DNA of 33,596 nt from a virus (lineage: Duplodnaviria > Caudoviricetes): positions 1 through 33,596 of the IMG/VR virus record IMGVR_UViG_3300027890_000003. One strand, written 5' to 3'. How positions within the stretch are numbered: the first letter of the stretch is position 1; the number at the start of each line of letters is the position of its first letter. The position numbers were made by a program, and so were the translations under genes. The notes beneath the pieces are model-generated. The model ran no database searches. It was not told the origin of the DNA and saw only the letters and a list, made by a program, of their open reading frames with translations. Below are positions 23,435 through 30,933 of this stretch, piece after piece.

Positions 23435-25654
23435 TCAGGCGAACGCTGCCCAGGTTCCGGGAGTGGTGGTCGTGCCGGCCACGGTGCACATCTTTGGCTT
23501 GCCGTCCGCCGCGTCCGTGCACACGTCACCCACAACAGCATTGGTAATGCTGTGCGTGGTGCCGTCCATCAGGTTGTAAAGCGTCGGGCCGATCAAGCGG
23601 ATCGTGTTCCAGGTGCCGCCGTTCTTCTTGATGATTCCGGACGCAGGCTGCGACGCAAGACTGCCTCTGACGATCAGCGAACCCGCAGCAGCAGACAGGA
23701 GCTGAATGCCGCCGCTGCCGCCGATTACGCCAAAGTCAAACTCATCGAGCCACAAGTTTGCGCTGTCACGCAGGTTCAGGCCGGACGTGTAGCCAGTCCA
23801 TTTGCTTTTCCGCAGGTAGATGTTCGGCACCGGGGCGCCGGCGGCGTTCTGCTCCCACACCGTCGATCCGCCCTGCACGTCGTATTTTTCGCAGATCAGG
23901 GTCAGCGTCGTGTTCACGCCGAACATCTGGATGTTCTTGGCGTTGGTGTTGAGGCCATCGGCCACGCTCACGCCAGACAGCTCCAAGCGGACGATGCCAG
24001 TGACAATGCTCATCGGCGTGTTGTCAGCCAGCGCCTTCTTCAGCGGCGTGCGCAGAGTGAGCGAGCCGGCCGACAACGCCGTCGCCACCGTGTACGTGTT
24101 GGGGTCGCCCTGGAAGCGGATCAGTTCGCCGGCCAGCACGGTGCCAGTGCCGGTGTCCAGCGCAATGGTGGTGGCGCCGATGGCATAGCCAGCCCCGTTG
24201 TTGACGAGATAGCCGGCCCCGGTGCCTTTTGCTCCTGCGCTGATGTACCAGGGGACGGCCGAAGTGCTGTTGCCAGGGGTGATGTCGACGCCGTTGACGC
24301 GAACCCACTTCTCGACCGTCATGACGCCGCTCAGGTTCAGCCCCTTACGGGCTGCGGTGTTGCGGCTGATCAGCGTGCCCACCTCAAACGCCCCGAAAAC
24401 AGCATCCGCTAGGGTCATCAGGTCTGCCGTGTCGGTAGTCGTCCTGTCAATGATCGTGCCGATCTTGATCTGCTTGTAGGCGGCATCTCCAGAGACCGCA
24501 CCGCGAATCTGGATGAGCGGGTAGGTGTTCGCGACCTCTTGGCCGTGCAGTACATCGATCAGGCCGATGTCAACCACGTCCGCATTGGTGCTCGTCAGGT
24601 TTGTGTCGTTGGTGTAGTAGAGAGCCTGGCGGCGCGTCATGCCGGTGATGGCGCCAACCTGCACGCGGTGCACCTTGGTGCCGCTCAAGCCTGCGATCTT
24701 CATGGCGGTGAGGGCATAGCGCGGCTTCAGCGCCGCGACCGTGACGTTTCGGATGTCGCCCAGGCACGGCGCATAGGTCACATAGTCACCGCACGTCAGT
24801 GCGAAAAGATCGTCGCCAGTCTTGCCTTCGATCGTGCCGATGCTCGCCGTGCCAATTGGGCCCGACAGGTGGCAACCGTCGCTGGCCGTGTCAAAGATGG
24901 CATAGGGGATGTTGATCTCCGTTCCGTTGGCCACAAGCAAGCCGTATTTCTTGGCGTTGAGCGTTTTCACCCTGTCGTGGGTGAAGCCCAGAACATTCAT
25001 GAACCTTGCGGCCATGGTTTCAACGCTGCCTGTGACCGTCTGGTTGGCCTCGTTCATGTCGATGGTGCCATTGACGACAACGAGGTTTTTGTTTGCCCGA
25101 CCAGCCGTGATCGTCCCTGTGGCGGTAGCGGCGGATGGAAGATCGCTCATCTGATAGGTCAGCGAGTTGGCATTCACAACCGTGGCGACCCGCCATGTGC
25201 CGTTGTAAGCCTGCTCATTCGCGCCAAGGATGCCAATTGCGTCATCGGGGCTCTTTCCGTGGTTCGGCCACGCCACCGTCGCGACGAGCCCAACGCTGGT
25301 GATCGTCACCGTCGTCGGCAGCACACCCCAGCACGAATTCGTCACAAGGCTCTTGTTCACCCCGTTTGCCAAAAACAGCCTGTAGCCGTTCAGGTCCAGC
25401 GTCGTGTTGTCCTCCATGACCGCCGTTGCGGTCGTGAGGGTGATGTCCGCCGCCAGCGTCACCGTCTTGCCGCCCAGCGCCAGAGCGGCGATGAGTTCAG
25501 CCTCGGTCGAGACAATCCTCTCCCCTGACACCAAGGCGCTGACAGCCGGCCAAATCGACGCCCCGTTCTGGTCAACGATGTCCACCAATGCGCCACTGTC
25601 GGCGTCGATCCTCTTGCGCAGGCCGGCAACGGGGCTATGGGTGTACTGCGTCAT
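23435..25654 (-). CDS. mosaic beta-helix protein (second tailspike or head fibre, depolymerase-like)
   Basis: 739 aa; LDLNG, G.IDMN..NQ, SDGCH, TGDDLFA (polygalacturonase/pectin-lyase-like coils); two inserted beta-domains; no gp17-type anchor. Confidence 0.7.
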   Translation of the reverse strand: MTQYTHSPVAGLRKRIDADSGALVDIVDQNGASIWPAVSALVSGERIVSTEAELIAALALGGKTVTLAADITLTTATAVMEDNTTLDLNGYRLFLANGVNKSLVTNSCWGVLPTTVTITSVGLVATVAWPNHGKSPDDAIGILGANEQAYNGTWRVATVVNANSLTYQMSDLPSAATATGTITAGRANKNLVVVNGTIDMNEANQTVTGSVETMAARFMNVLGFTHDRVKTLNAKKYGLLVANGTEINIPYAIFDTASDGCHLSGPIGTASIGTIEGKTGDDLFALTCGDYVTYAPCLGDIRNVTVAALKPRYALTAMKIAGLSGTKVHRVQVGAITGMTRRQALYYTNDTNLTSTNADVVDIGLIDVLHGQEVANTYPLIQIRGAVSGDAAYKQIKIGTIIDRTTTDTADLMTLADAVFGAFEVGTLISRNTAARKGLNLSGVMTVEKWVRVNGVDITPGNSTSAVPWYISAGAKGTGAGYLVNNGAGYAIGATTIALDTGTGTVLAGELIRFQGDPNTYTVATALSAGSLTLRTPLKKALADNTPMSIVTGIVRLELSGVSVADGLNTNAKNIQMFGVNTTLTLICEKYDVQGGSTVWEQNAAGAPVPNIYLRKSKWTGYTSGLNLRDSANLWLDEFDFGVIGGSGGIQLLSAAAGSLIVRGSLASQPASGIIKKNGGTWNTIRLIGPTLYNLMDGTTHSITNAVVGDVCTDAADGKPKMCTVAGTTTTPGTWAAFA

Positions 25655-25657
25655 TCC

Positions 25658-25924
25658 TTACCCCTTGGTCTGGTTCGCGTCGGCGTAGACCGCCGTCGCA
25701 GTGGCGACCGTTGCCCGGATCAGGCCCGGCGGCAGCTCGAAGGTGGCGAGGCCGTTGGCGGTCAGCGCGGCGCCCACGTTCAACCATGTCGACCCATCCG
25801 GCCCCATGTACTGCAGCTGGACACTGCCGCCGCCCCAAGTGGCGACTGCCGAGAACATGCCCCGGCCGCCACCCCATTGGAAATTGCCGCTGGTGGCGCT
25901 GGCGTTGCTGAGAAGTTGAGCCAT
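25658..25924 (-). CDS. small virion structural protein (beta-sandwich-like)
   Basis: 88 aa; W.GG, V.LQY.GPDGSTW pattern; within the head gene cluster. Confidence 0.7.
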   Translation of the reverse strand: MAQLLSNASATSGNFQWGGGRGMFSAVATWGGGSVQLQYMGPDGSTWLNVGAALTANGLATFELPPGLIRATVATATAVYADANQTKG

Positions 25925-25934
25925 GCTCTGCTCC

Positions 25935-26129
25935 TCAGACCGGCGGCCAGTTGTCGGCCAGGATGCGCGCTGTCAGGTGCTCCAGCGCCAGCAGCGCGGC
26001 CGTCTTGCCGTTGTTGGTGGCGTCGTAGGTGATGCGCACCTCGACGTGAGCGGCGGCTGTGGACGAACCGGTCTCGGCGACCTGCGTCTTGTCCTGGCCG
26101 AAGTTGACGCTGAAATAGCGATCTGCCAT
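25935..26129 (-). CDS. small structural protein (64 aa)
   Basis: GGAGAACGAC RBS region identical to that of the upstream gene; ends WPPV. Confidence 0.72.
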   Translation of the reverse strand: MADRYFSVNFGQDKTQVAETGSSTAAAHVEVRITYDATNNGKTAALLALEHLTARILADNWPPV

Positions 26130-26140
26130 GTCGTTCTCCG

Positions 26141-26168
26141 AAAGGAAGACCGGGGCCGAAGCCCCGGG
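26141..26168 (-). terminator. putative intrinsic terminator after capsid/decoration genes
   Basis: CCGGGGC-TTCG-GCCCCGG (UUCG tetraloop) followed by TCTTCCTTT on the minus strand. Confidence 0.7.
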
Positions 26169-26177
26169 TGCTGTGGA

Positions 26178-26693
26178 TCAGCGGACGACGTAGAGCTGCA
26201 AGCGGACCGTGCCCGCAGCGTCAGCGGCGGCGGTGAGCGTCAGCGCGACGTCGTACTCCTTGCCGGGGTCAGCCGACAGGCCCAAGGCCTCCCACACGCG
26301 CTTGTTGCCGTTCGTGTAGATGCCGCCGGCCGCGCCCGCTTCGAACGTCACGTCCGAGTCGATGGCGCCGCCGCTGAGCGACACCGCCGTGGCAAAGTAG
26401 TCGGCGTCCACCACCGTGCCGCCCGTGGTATCGGTCAGCAGGTTGTATAGGCCCAGGTCGCCCGCCGTCGTGGTGCCGATGTCAGCGGAGATCAGCTTGA
26501 TGCGGTCGGTGTAGTCGCTAGAACGGATCTTGCCGAAGCGATACACGCTGGCGATGCTGTCACCGCTGGTGACGGACACCTGGTCATTGATGGCGCGCAC
26601 AACCTCGCCATCAGCCAGACCTCGCGGGTTCTGGACGCGCGGGAGCGCGTTGTAGTTGGCGACGGTGGTGCTGGAAACTGCAACGACAGCCAT
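26178..26693 (-). CDS. capsid decoration/cement protein (putative)
   Basis: 171 aa, beta-rich, immediately after the major capsid gene; AAGGAG RBS. Confidence 0.7.
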   Translation of the reverse strand: MAVVAVSSTTVANYNALPRVQNPRGLADGEVVRAINDQVSVTSGDSIASVYRFGKIRSSDYTDRIKLISADIGTTTAGDLGLYNLLTDTTGGTVVDADYFATAVSLSGGAIDSDVTFEAGAAGGIYTNGNKRVWEALGLSADPGKEYDVALTLTAAADAAGTVRLQLYVVR

Positions 26694-26731
26694 GTCGTTC
26701 TCCTTAAAGTTTGGGGTGCGTTAGAAGCCGA

Positions 26732-27634
26732 TCAGGCTTCGCTGCACTTGATTTCGATCACGCGCAGGGCATCACGGCGCACGGAGCCGTAGTGACCGTC
26801 GCCGTAGGCTTGCCAGGGCTCGCCACGCAGGTCGTTGCGCTGCGAAACGCGCGTCTTGGGACCGCCGTTCCAGGTGCAGGACGACATGCCGCGCTTTGTG
26901 TAGAAGGGGATGCGGCGATAGCTGGAGCCGTCGACCAGCAGGCGGTTTGAGAGGATCCAGTTGATCCCCATGTAGTTGGAACCAATCATGGTGCCGCTGT
27001 CGATGATCCGCTTGCTGGTGAAGTCGGTCGAGGTGACCTCGATCTCGTTCATCAGGTTGCGCTCCTGCTTCGGGGAGATGACGCAGTTGATCTGCTCGTC
27101 GTCCTCGATGCCGACCTCTTGGCTGCGCAAGATCTCCAGTCCTGCCTGGATCTTCTCGACGTTAAGGCCCGAGGTTGCGCCGCCGACGCTGACGCCGACC
27201 TGGAAGCCCGCGGAGAAGTTGTCGGTCGCGATACCGCCGCCGTTGGTCTCCAGGCTGCGGGCAGCGAAGAACGCGCGGATGGCCTCGTCGTCCTGCTTGC
27301 GATTCAGCGCGGACACGATGCCCATCACGTATTCGCTGGTGGGGTTGGCGTTCATCTGCATCTGCTCGATGGTGTCGAACAGCAGCGCCTTGTCGAAGTG
27401 GCGCGGGTAGACCCACGGCCGCTTGTGGCCTGGGTCGCCAGCGACCATCGGCTCGTAAAGGCCGGTGCGTTCGTCGGCCTCGAAGGCGTCGATCAGGTTG
27501 ATCACCGTGGCGGCCTTGCCGACTGCGGTGTCTTGCATGAAGGTGCTCGCGATGCGGGGGCGCATTTGCTGCGAGACGAGTTCAACAGCCGAGGCGTACT
27601 GCTGGCTGTAGAAGGCGATGGAATTGCCGGGCAT
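26732..27634 (-). CDS. major capsid protein
   Basis: 300 aa; QY...VEL..QQ..., NPTSEYV.....ALNRK.D, YMGINWI.SNRL, G.VRRD...VIEI.C.E; follows the scaffold; AGGAG RBS. Confidence 0.88.
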   Translation of the reverse strand: MPGNSIAFYSQQYASAVELVSQQMRPRIASTFMQDTAVGKAATVINLIDAFEADERTGLYEPMVAGDPGHKRPWVYPRHFDKALLFDTIEQMQMNANPTSEYVMGIVSALNRKQDDEAIRAFFAARSLETNGGGIATDNFSAGFQVGVSVGGATSGLNVEKIQAGLEILRSQEVGIEDDEQINCVISPKQERNLMNEIEVTSTDFTSKRIIDSGTMIGSNYMGINWILSNRLLVDGSSYRRIPFYTKRGMSSCTWNGGPKTRVSQRNDLRGEPWQAYGDGHYGSVRRDALRVIEIKCSEA

Positions 27635-27793
27635 GGTGGGCTCCTATGGCGTTGATCTGGGTTGGATCGCCTGGCCTGCCCCTTTCGGGAGCCTCGCTTG
27701 CGCTCTATCGGGCGCCACTCGCCATGTCTTCCCAGGTGCCATCGGAGGCCCGCCGGCCCTGCCCGATCCGACCGGTTGCCCGGCTGTCTGCGG

Positions 27794-27827
27794 GGCAATG
27801 TCGGCGGGCAGGGAGCGAACGTTTTTC
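27794..27827 (-). promoter_or_regulatory. late bipartite motif copy B (upstream of major capsid)
   Basis: GAAAAACGTTCGC-TCCCTGCCCGCC-GACATTGCC directly after the scaffold TAG. Confidence 0.78.
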
Positions 27828-28718
27828 CTACTGCTGGCCAGCGATCAGCCTGTCGAGCTTCTGCAGCTCTGCCCACTCGGCGCTGTTGTTGACCATGGCC
27901 TTGGTGCGCCAGTCCTTGTCGGCCATCAGCTGCGTGCGCTTGGCCTTGGCGCCCTCGGGCGTCATGCCGAAGCTGCCCATCTCGCCCAGACCCTCGGCGC
28001 CGTGTTCGCGCATGAGGTCGCCCATCTTGGCCAGGGCCTTCATGGTCTTGCTGTAGCCGCCGACCTTCTCCAGCGCGTCGATGGCGGCTTCGTCGAGACC
28101 GAGCTGTTGCGCGGCGCGGCGGGCCAGTTCGCGACGCATGGGCGCCTCGTTGCCCCAGTCTTTGGCCAGGGCGGCGTGCTCCTGGCCCAGCGCGTCCTGC
28201 TCGGCTTGAGCGGCGGCCTGCGCCATGGTGGCCATGTGCTCGTTCCACTTTGTGGCCAGCGCCTGGGCTTGCTTGGCCGGGATGCCGGCTTCGTGCATCC
28301 AGGTCGCCGCAGCCTTCGAGAACGCAGGATCAGCGCCCTCAGGCACCGGCAGTTTGTAGTCGTCCGGCGTGCCGGGGCGGCCCAGCTTGGTATAGAAGTC
28401 CGACCACTCGGCCGGCGTGGCGTCGTCCTTGGGAAGCACGACGGTGCGGCCGGCACGGTCGGCGCCCAGCAGCTTCTCCAGGTTGCGGTGCCCGGCGACG
28501 GCATCGGCCGGCGACTTCCAGCCGGCGTTCTGGACGTGGCCCAGCAGCTCGGCATCGGGGTTGTCGCCGAGCCAGGGATGCGATGACGCCGGAGCGGGCG
28601 CGGGTGCCGCCGGCGCAGCGGCTGGGCCGGGCGGCGTCGGAGCGGCACCACCGCCGCCGCCGCCGCCGGGGTCGGCCTGGTTCATGAAGGGATAGCGAGT
28701 GCGGAATCGGATGTTCAT
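27828..28718 (-). CDS. capsid scaffolding/assembly protein
   Basis: Start at 28718 (ATGA coupling); Pro/Ala/Gly N-terminus, NLEKLLG, FYTKLGRP..PDDY, L.KDWG; between portal and capsid. Confidence 0.85.
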   Translation of the reverse strand: MNIRFRTRYPFMNQADPGGGGGGGAAPTPPGPAAAPAAPAPAPASSHPWLGDNPDAELLGHVQNAGWKSPADAVAGHRNLEKLLGADRAGRTVVLPKDDATPAEWSDFYTKLGRPGTPDDYKLPVPEGADPAFSKAAATWMHEAGIPAKQAQALATKWNEHMATMAQAAAQAEQDALGQEHAALAKDWGNEAPMRRELARRAAQQLGLDEAAIDALEKVGGYSKTMKALAKMGDLMREHGAEGLGEMGSFGMTPEGAKAKRTQLMADKDWRTKAMVNNSAEWAELQKLDRLIAGQQ

Positions 28719-29026
28719 TCGTCGTTCGTCCTGTGTTGCGCGATGCGTTCGATCTGGTCGGCGCTGAGGTTGCACATTGCCGTGATGCGGTTGAAGACAT
28801 CGCGGCGGCCTTCCGCAAAGGCCATTGCCAGCGCATCGCTCTGCTGGGTGACCTGGGAAACTTTGAGGGTGGGCCTGCTGGCGTAGCAGTAGTTCGCAAG
28901 ATCGCGCAGCACGTACTCGGCTGCGTGGTTCAGCTCGCCACCTGGGGAGCGGAACAGCGCCCGGTACATGGCGCTGCGACGGAAGAGGCGCGCACGCACG
29001 CGCTCGAATGCTTCGTTCCAGGCCAT
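28715..29026 (-). CDS. conserved protein after portal (BPP-1 Bbp19-like)
   Basis: Y..LF......VL.DLA..C....D...MAFAEGRRDV..RI. Confidence 0.8.
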   Translation of the reverse strand: MAWNEAFERVRARLFRRSAMYRALFRSPGGELNHAAEYVLRDLANYCYASRPTLKVSQVTQQSDALAMAFAEGRRDVFNRITAMCNLSADQIERIAQHRTNDE

Positions 29027-29041
29027 TCGGCCTCCTGTGGA

Positions 29042-30688
29042 TCAGAGCTGCGGGCGCCCGCCGGCCGCCTGCATCTTGGTGAGGTTGACTGCGGCGGCAG
29101 AGACGGCCGGAGCGGCCTCGACGAGGGACTGCATCTCCTGCTGCTGGGCCCGCTCGTCCTGCCGCGCCTTGACGGCCTCGATGTCGCGCAGGATCTTGGC
29201 CGGCACGCCGTTGATCTCGGCGAGCTCGCGCGCAGCCATCGGCAGGTCGAAGGCGTCCAGCACCGAGGGATCGGCCTCGGCCATCGGCAGCACCGCCTCA
29301 AGCGTGCGCGTGATGGCAATGGCCTCGCTCGCGCGCATGGCCTGGCGCATCGGGCTCGTGTACTCGATCTTGTACTCGCCCTCGGCCTCCAGCAGCTCGG
29401 GCGGCATGGGCGGCAGCTGGCCGGCGCGCATCATCAGGTCGAGCTCGCGCTCGGTGATCGGGCCGAAGCACTCGTTCTCGATGCGGCCGCCGATTGGCGA
29501 GATCAGCGTGGCGCGCTCCTGCAGCAGCTCCAGCGTCTGCGTGGCCGTCATGTTCGGGTGCTCGATCAGCACACGAAACACGTCCAGCAGGAACGCGCTG
29601 GCGATGATCTCGCGCTCCTTGTCCATCATGTCCATGCCAATCTCGACCTTGGCATTGGTGATGAGCGGCTTCACCAGCTGGTTGCCCTGCGAGTCGAGCC
29701 CGCCGTAGTTGAGCGCGCCCGGTGCCATGCTGAAGGCGCCGAGGATGCCGTCCTCGCTCAGCAGCAGCGGCGGGTCGACGACCTTCTGGCCGGCCTGCAG
29801 CACCGTCTTCTTTTGGACGTTCAGCACCTTGATGTTGCTGAGCGCCATCCAGGCCGGCGAGCGGCCGTATACCTCGCCCGGGCTGGTCATGCAGCGCATG
29901 ACGCCGAAGGGCCAGGTGTTGAAGCCGCCCTCCTCCAGCTTGTACTTCTGGCCCGGCAGCGCGTAGCACGACGCCCAGGGCATGCCGAGGTAGCCGACAC
30001 GCTCGGGGTCGTAGTCCTCGCGCGGCATGACCATGTGCACGACCTCGACCTGTTCCTCCGGGTTCTTGCGCAGCTTCTCGGCCAGCTGCTGCGGCATGTC
30101 AGCGGTGCGGTAGCCGGCGGCCTGGCGCTCCTTGATCCAACCGTCGAGCTGACGCAGTGTCCATTTCCAGCTGCGGAACACCGTGTCCACGATGCCGGCG
30201 GCGTTCTCCAACACGTAAGTCTGCGCCAAGTGCATCGACTTGTAGCGCAGTGCCCGCTGCTTGATGTTGTCGTCGACAAAGATCAGCCCGGTGCCAAACA
30301 CGAAGTGCTGCAGCGCCGTCTCGCCCATCTGGGACTCGAAGGCGGCCCGCGGTGAGTACCGCGTGGCAAACAGCGCCTTGGTGGCCGCGTCCATCCACTC
30401 TGACACGCGCTTGACCTTGTTCAGCGCGTCGTTGCTGCTGGTGAGCTTCTGGTAGCGCTGATTCGGCGGCCAGATGAAAGTGCTGATGGCAGCCACGCCC
30501 TTCTGCGCGGCCAGGGCGGCCGTGCTGTCGAACATGTATTCGGTGCGCTTGGCGCCGTCGCTGCGCTGAGTGGTGAAGTCCGCCATCTGCGGCAACACGC
30601 GGTCAGCGATCTCCTGAAAGATCGTGTCCCAGTTGCCGCGATTGCCCTTGGCCGTCTCGAAGCGACGCAGCGCGGTATCCAGGTCCAT
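29042..30688 (-). CDS. portal protein (head-to-tail connector, T7 gp8-like)
   Basis: FDSTA, FGTG, GEVYGRSPA..AL, DPPL, MTAT, IEYTSP; about 548 aa. Confidence 0.93.
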   Translation of the reverse strand: MDLDTALRRFETAKGNRGNWDTIFQEIADRVLPQMADFTTQRSDGAKRTEYMFDSTAALAAQKGVAAISTFIWPPNQRYQKLTSSNDALNKVKRVSEWMDAATKALFATRYSPRAAFESQMGETALQHFVFGTGLIFVDDNIKQRALRYKSMHLAQTYVLENAAGIVDTVFRSWKWTLRQLDGWIKERQAAGYRTADMPQQLAEKLRKNPEEQVEVVHMVMPREDYDPERVGYLGMPWASCYALPGQKYKLEEGGFNTWPFGVMRCMTSPGEVYGRSPAWMALSNIKVLNVQKKTVLQAGQKVVDPPLLLSEDGILGAFSMAPGALNYGGLDSQGNQLVKPLITNAKVEIGMDMMDKEREIIASAFLLDVFRVLIEHPNMTATQTLELLQERATLISPIGGRIENECFGPITERELDLMMRAGQLPPMPPELLEAEGEYKIEYTSPMRQAMRASEAIAITRTLEAVLPMAEADPSVLDAFDLPMAARELAEINGVPAKILRDIEAVKARQDERAQQQEMQSLVEAAPAVSAAAVNLTKMQAAGGRPQL

Positions 30689-30876
30689 CACTGGCCCAGC
30701 AGCTGCTTGGACGCGGTCTGCGGCGCGGCCTGGTTGCGGTCAGACAGGATGGACGACGCGCGGCCACGGCGGCGGCGCAGTTGGTCCTGGTAGTCCTGCT
30801 GCGTGCCGGCCACGTCCTCCACAACGGGAGGCGGCGGTGGGGCGGCCTGCGTGACCTTGGGGCGCATGAAGGACAT
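30688..30876 (-). CDS. small virion protein upstream of portal (T7 gp7.3-like position)
   Basis: MSFMRPK...PPPPP...RRRRGRASSIL...KQLLGQ. Confidence 0.8.
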   Translation of the reverse strand: MSFMRPKVTQAAPPPPPVVEDVAGTQQDYQDQLRRRRGRASSILSDRNQAAPQTASKQLLGQ

Positions 30877-30899
30877 CGGCGGCACCTTTCGAAAGTGCC

Positions 30900-30933
30900 G
30901 GCAATGTCTCGCCCGAGGGCGCGAACGTTTTTC
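30900..30933 (-). promoter_or_regulatory. late bipartite motif copy A (after terL, upstream of portal operon)
   Basis: GAAAAACGTTCGC-GCCCTCGGGCGA-GACATTGCC directly after the terL TAG. Confidence 0.78.

Noticed and set aside
26694-26760. T7-like capsid frameshift/readthrough extension
   Set aside because: No slippery sequence seen at the capsid 3' end, and the next gene has its own strong RBS.
27794-30933. Sigma-54 promoter reading of the late motif
   Set aside because: GG-N10-GC spacing holds only in copy A; copies B and C lack the -24 GG.
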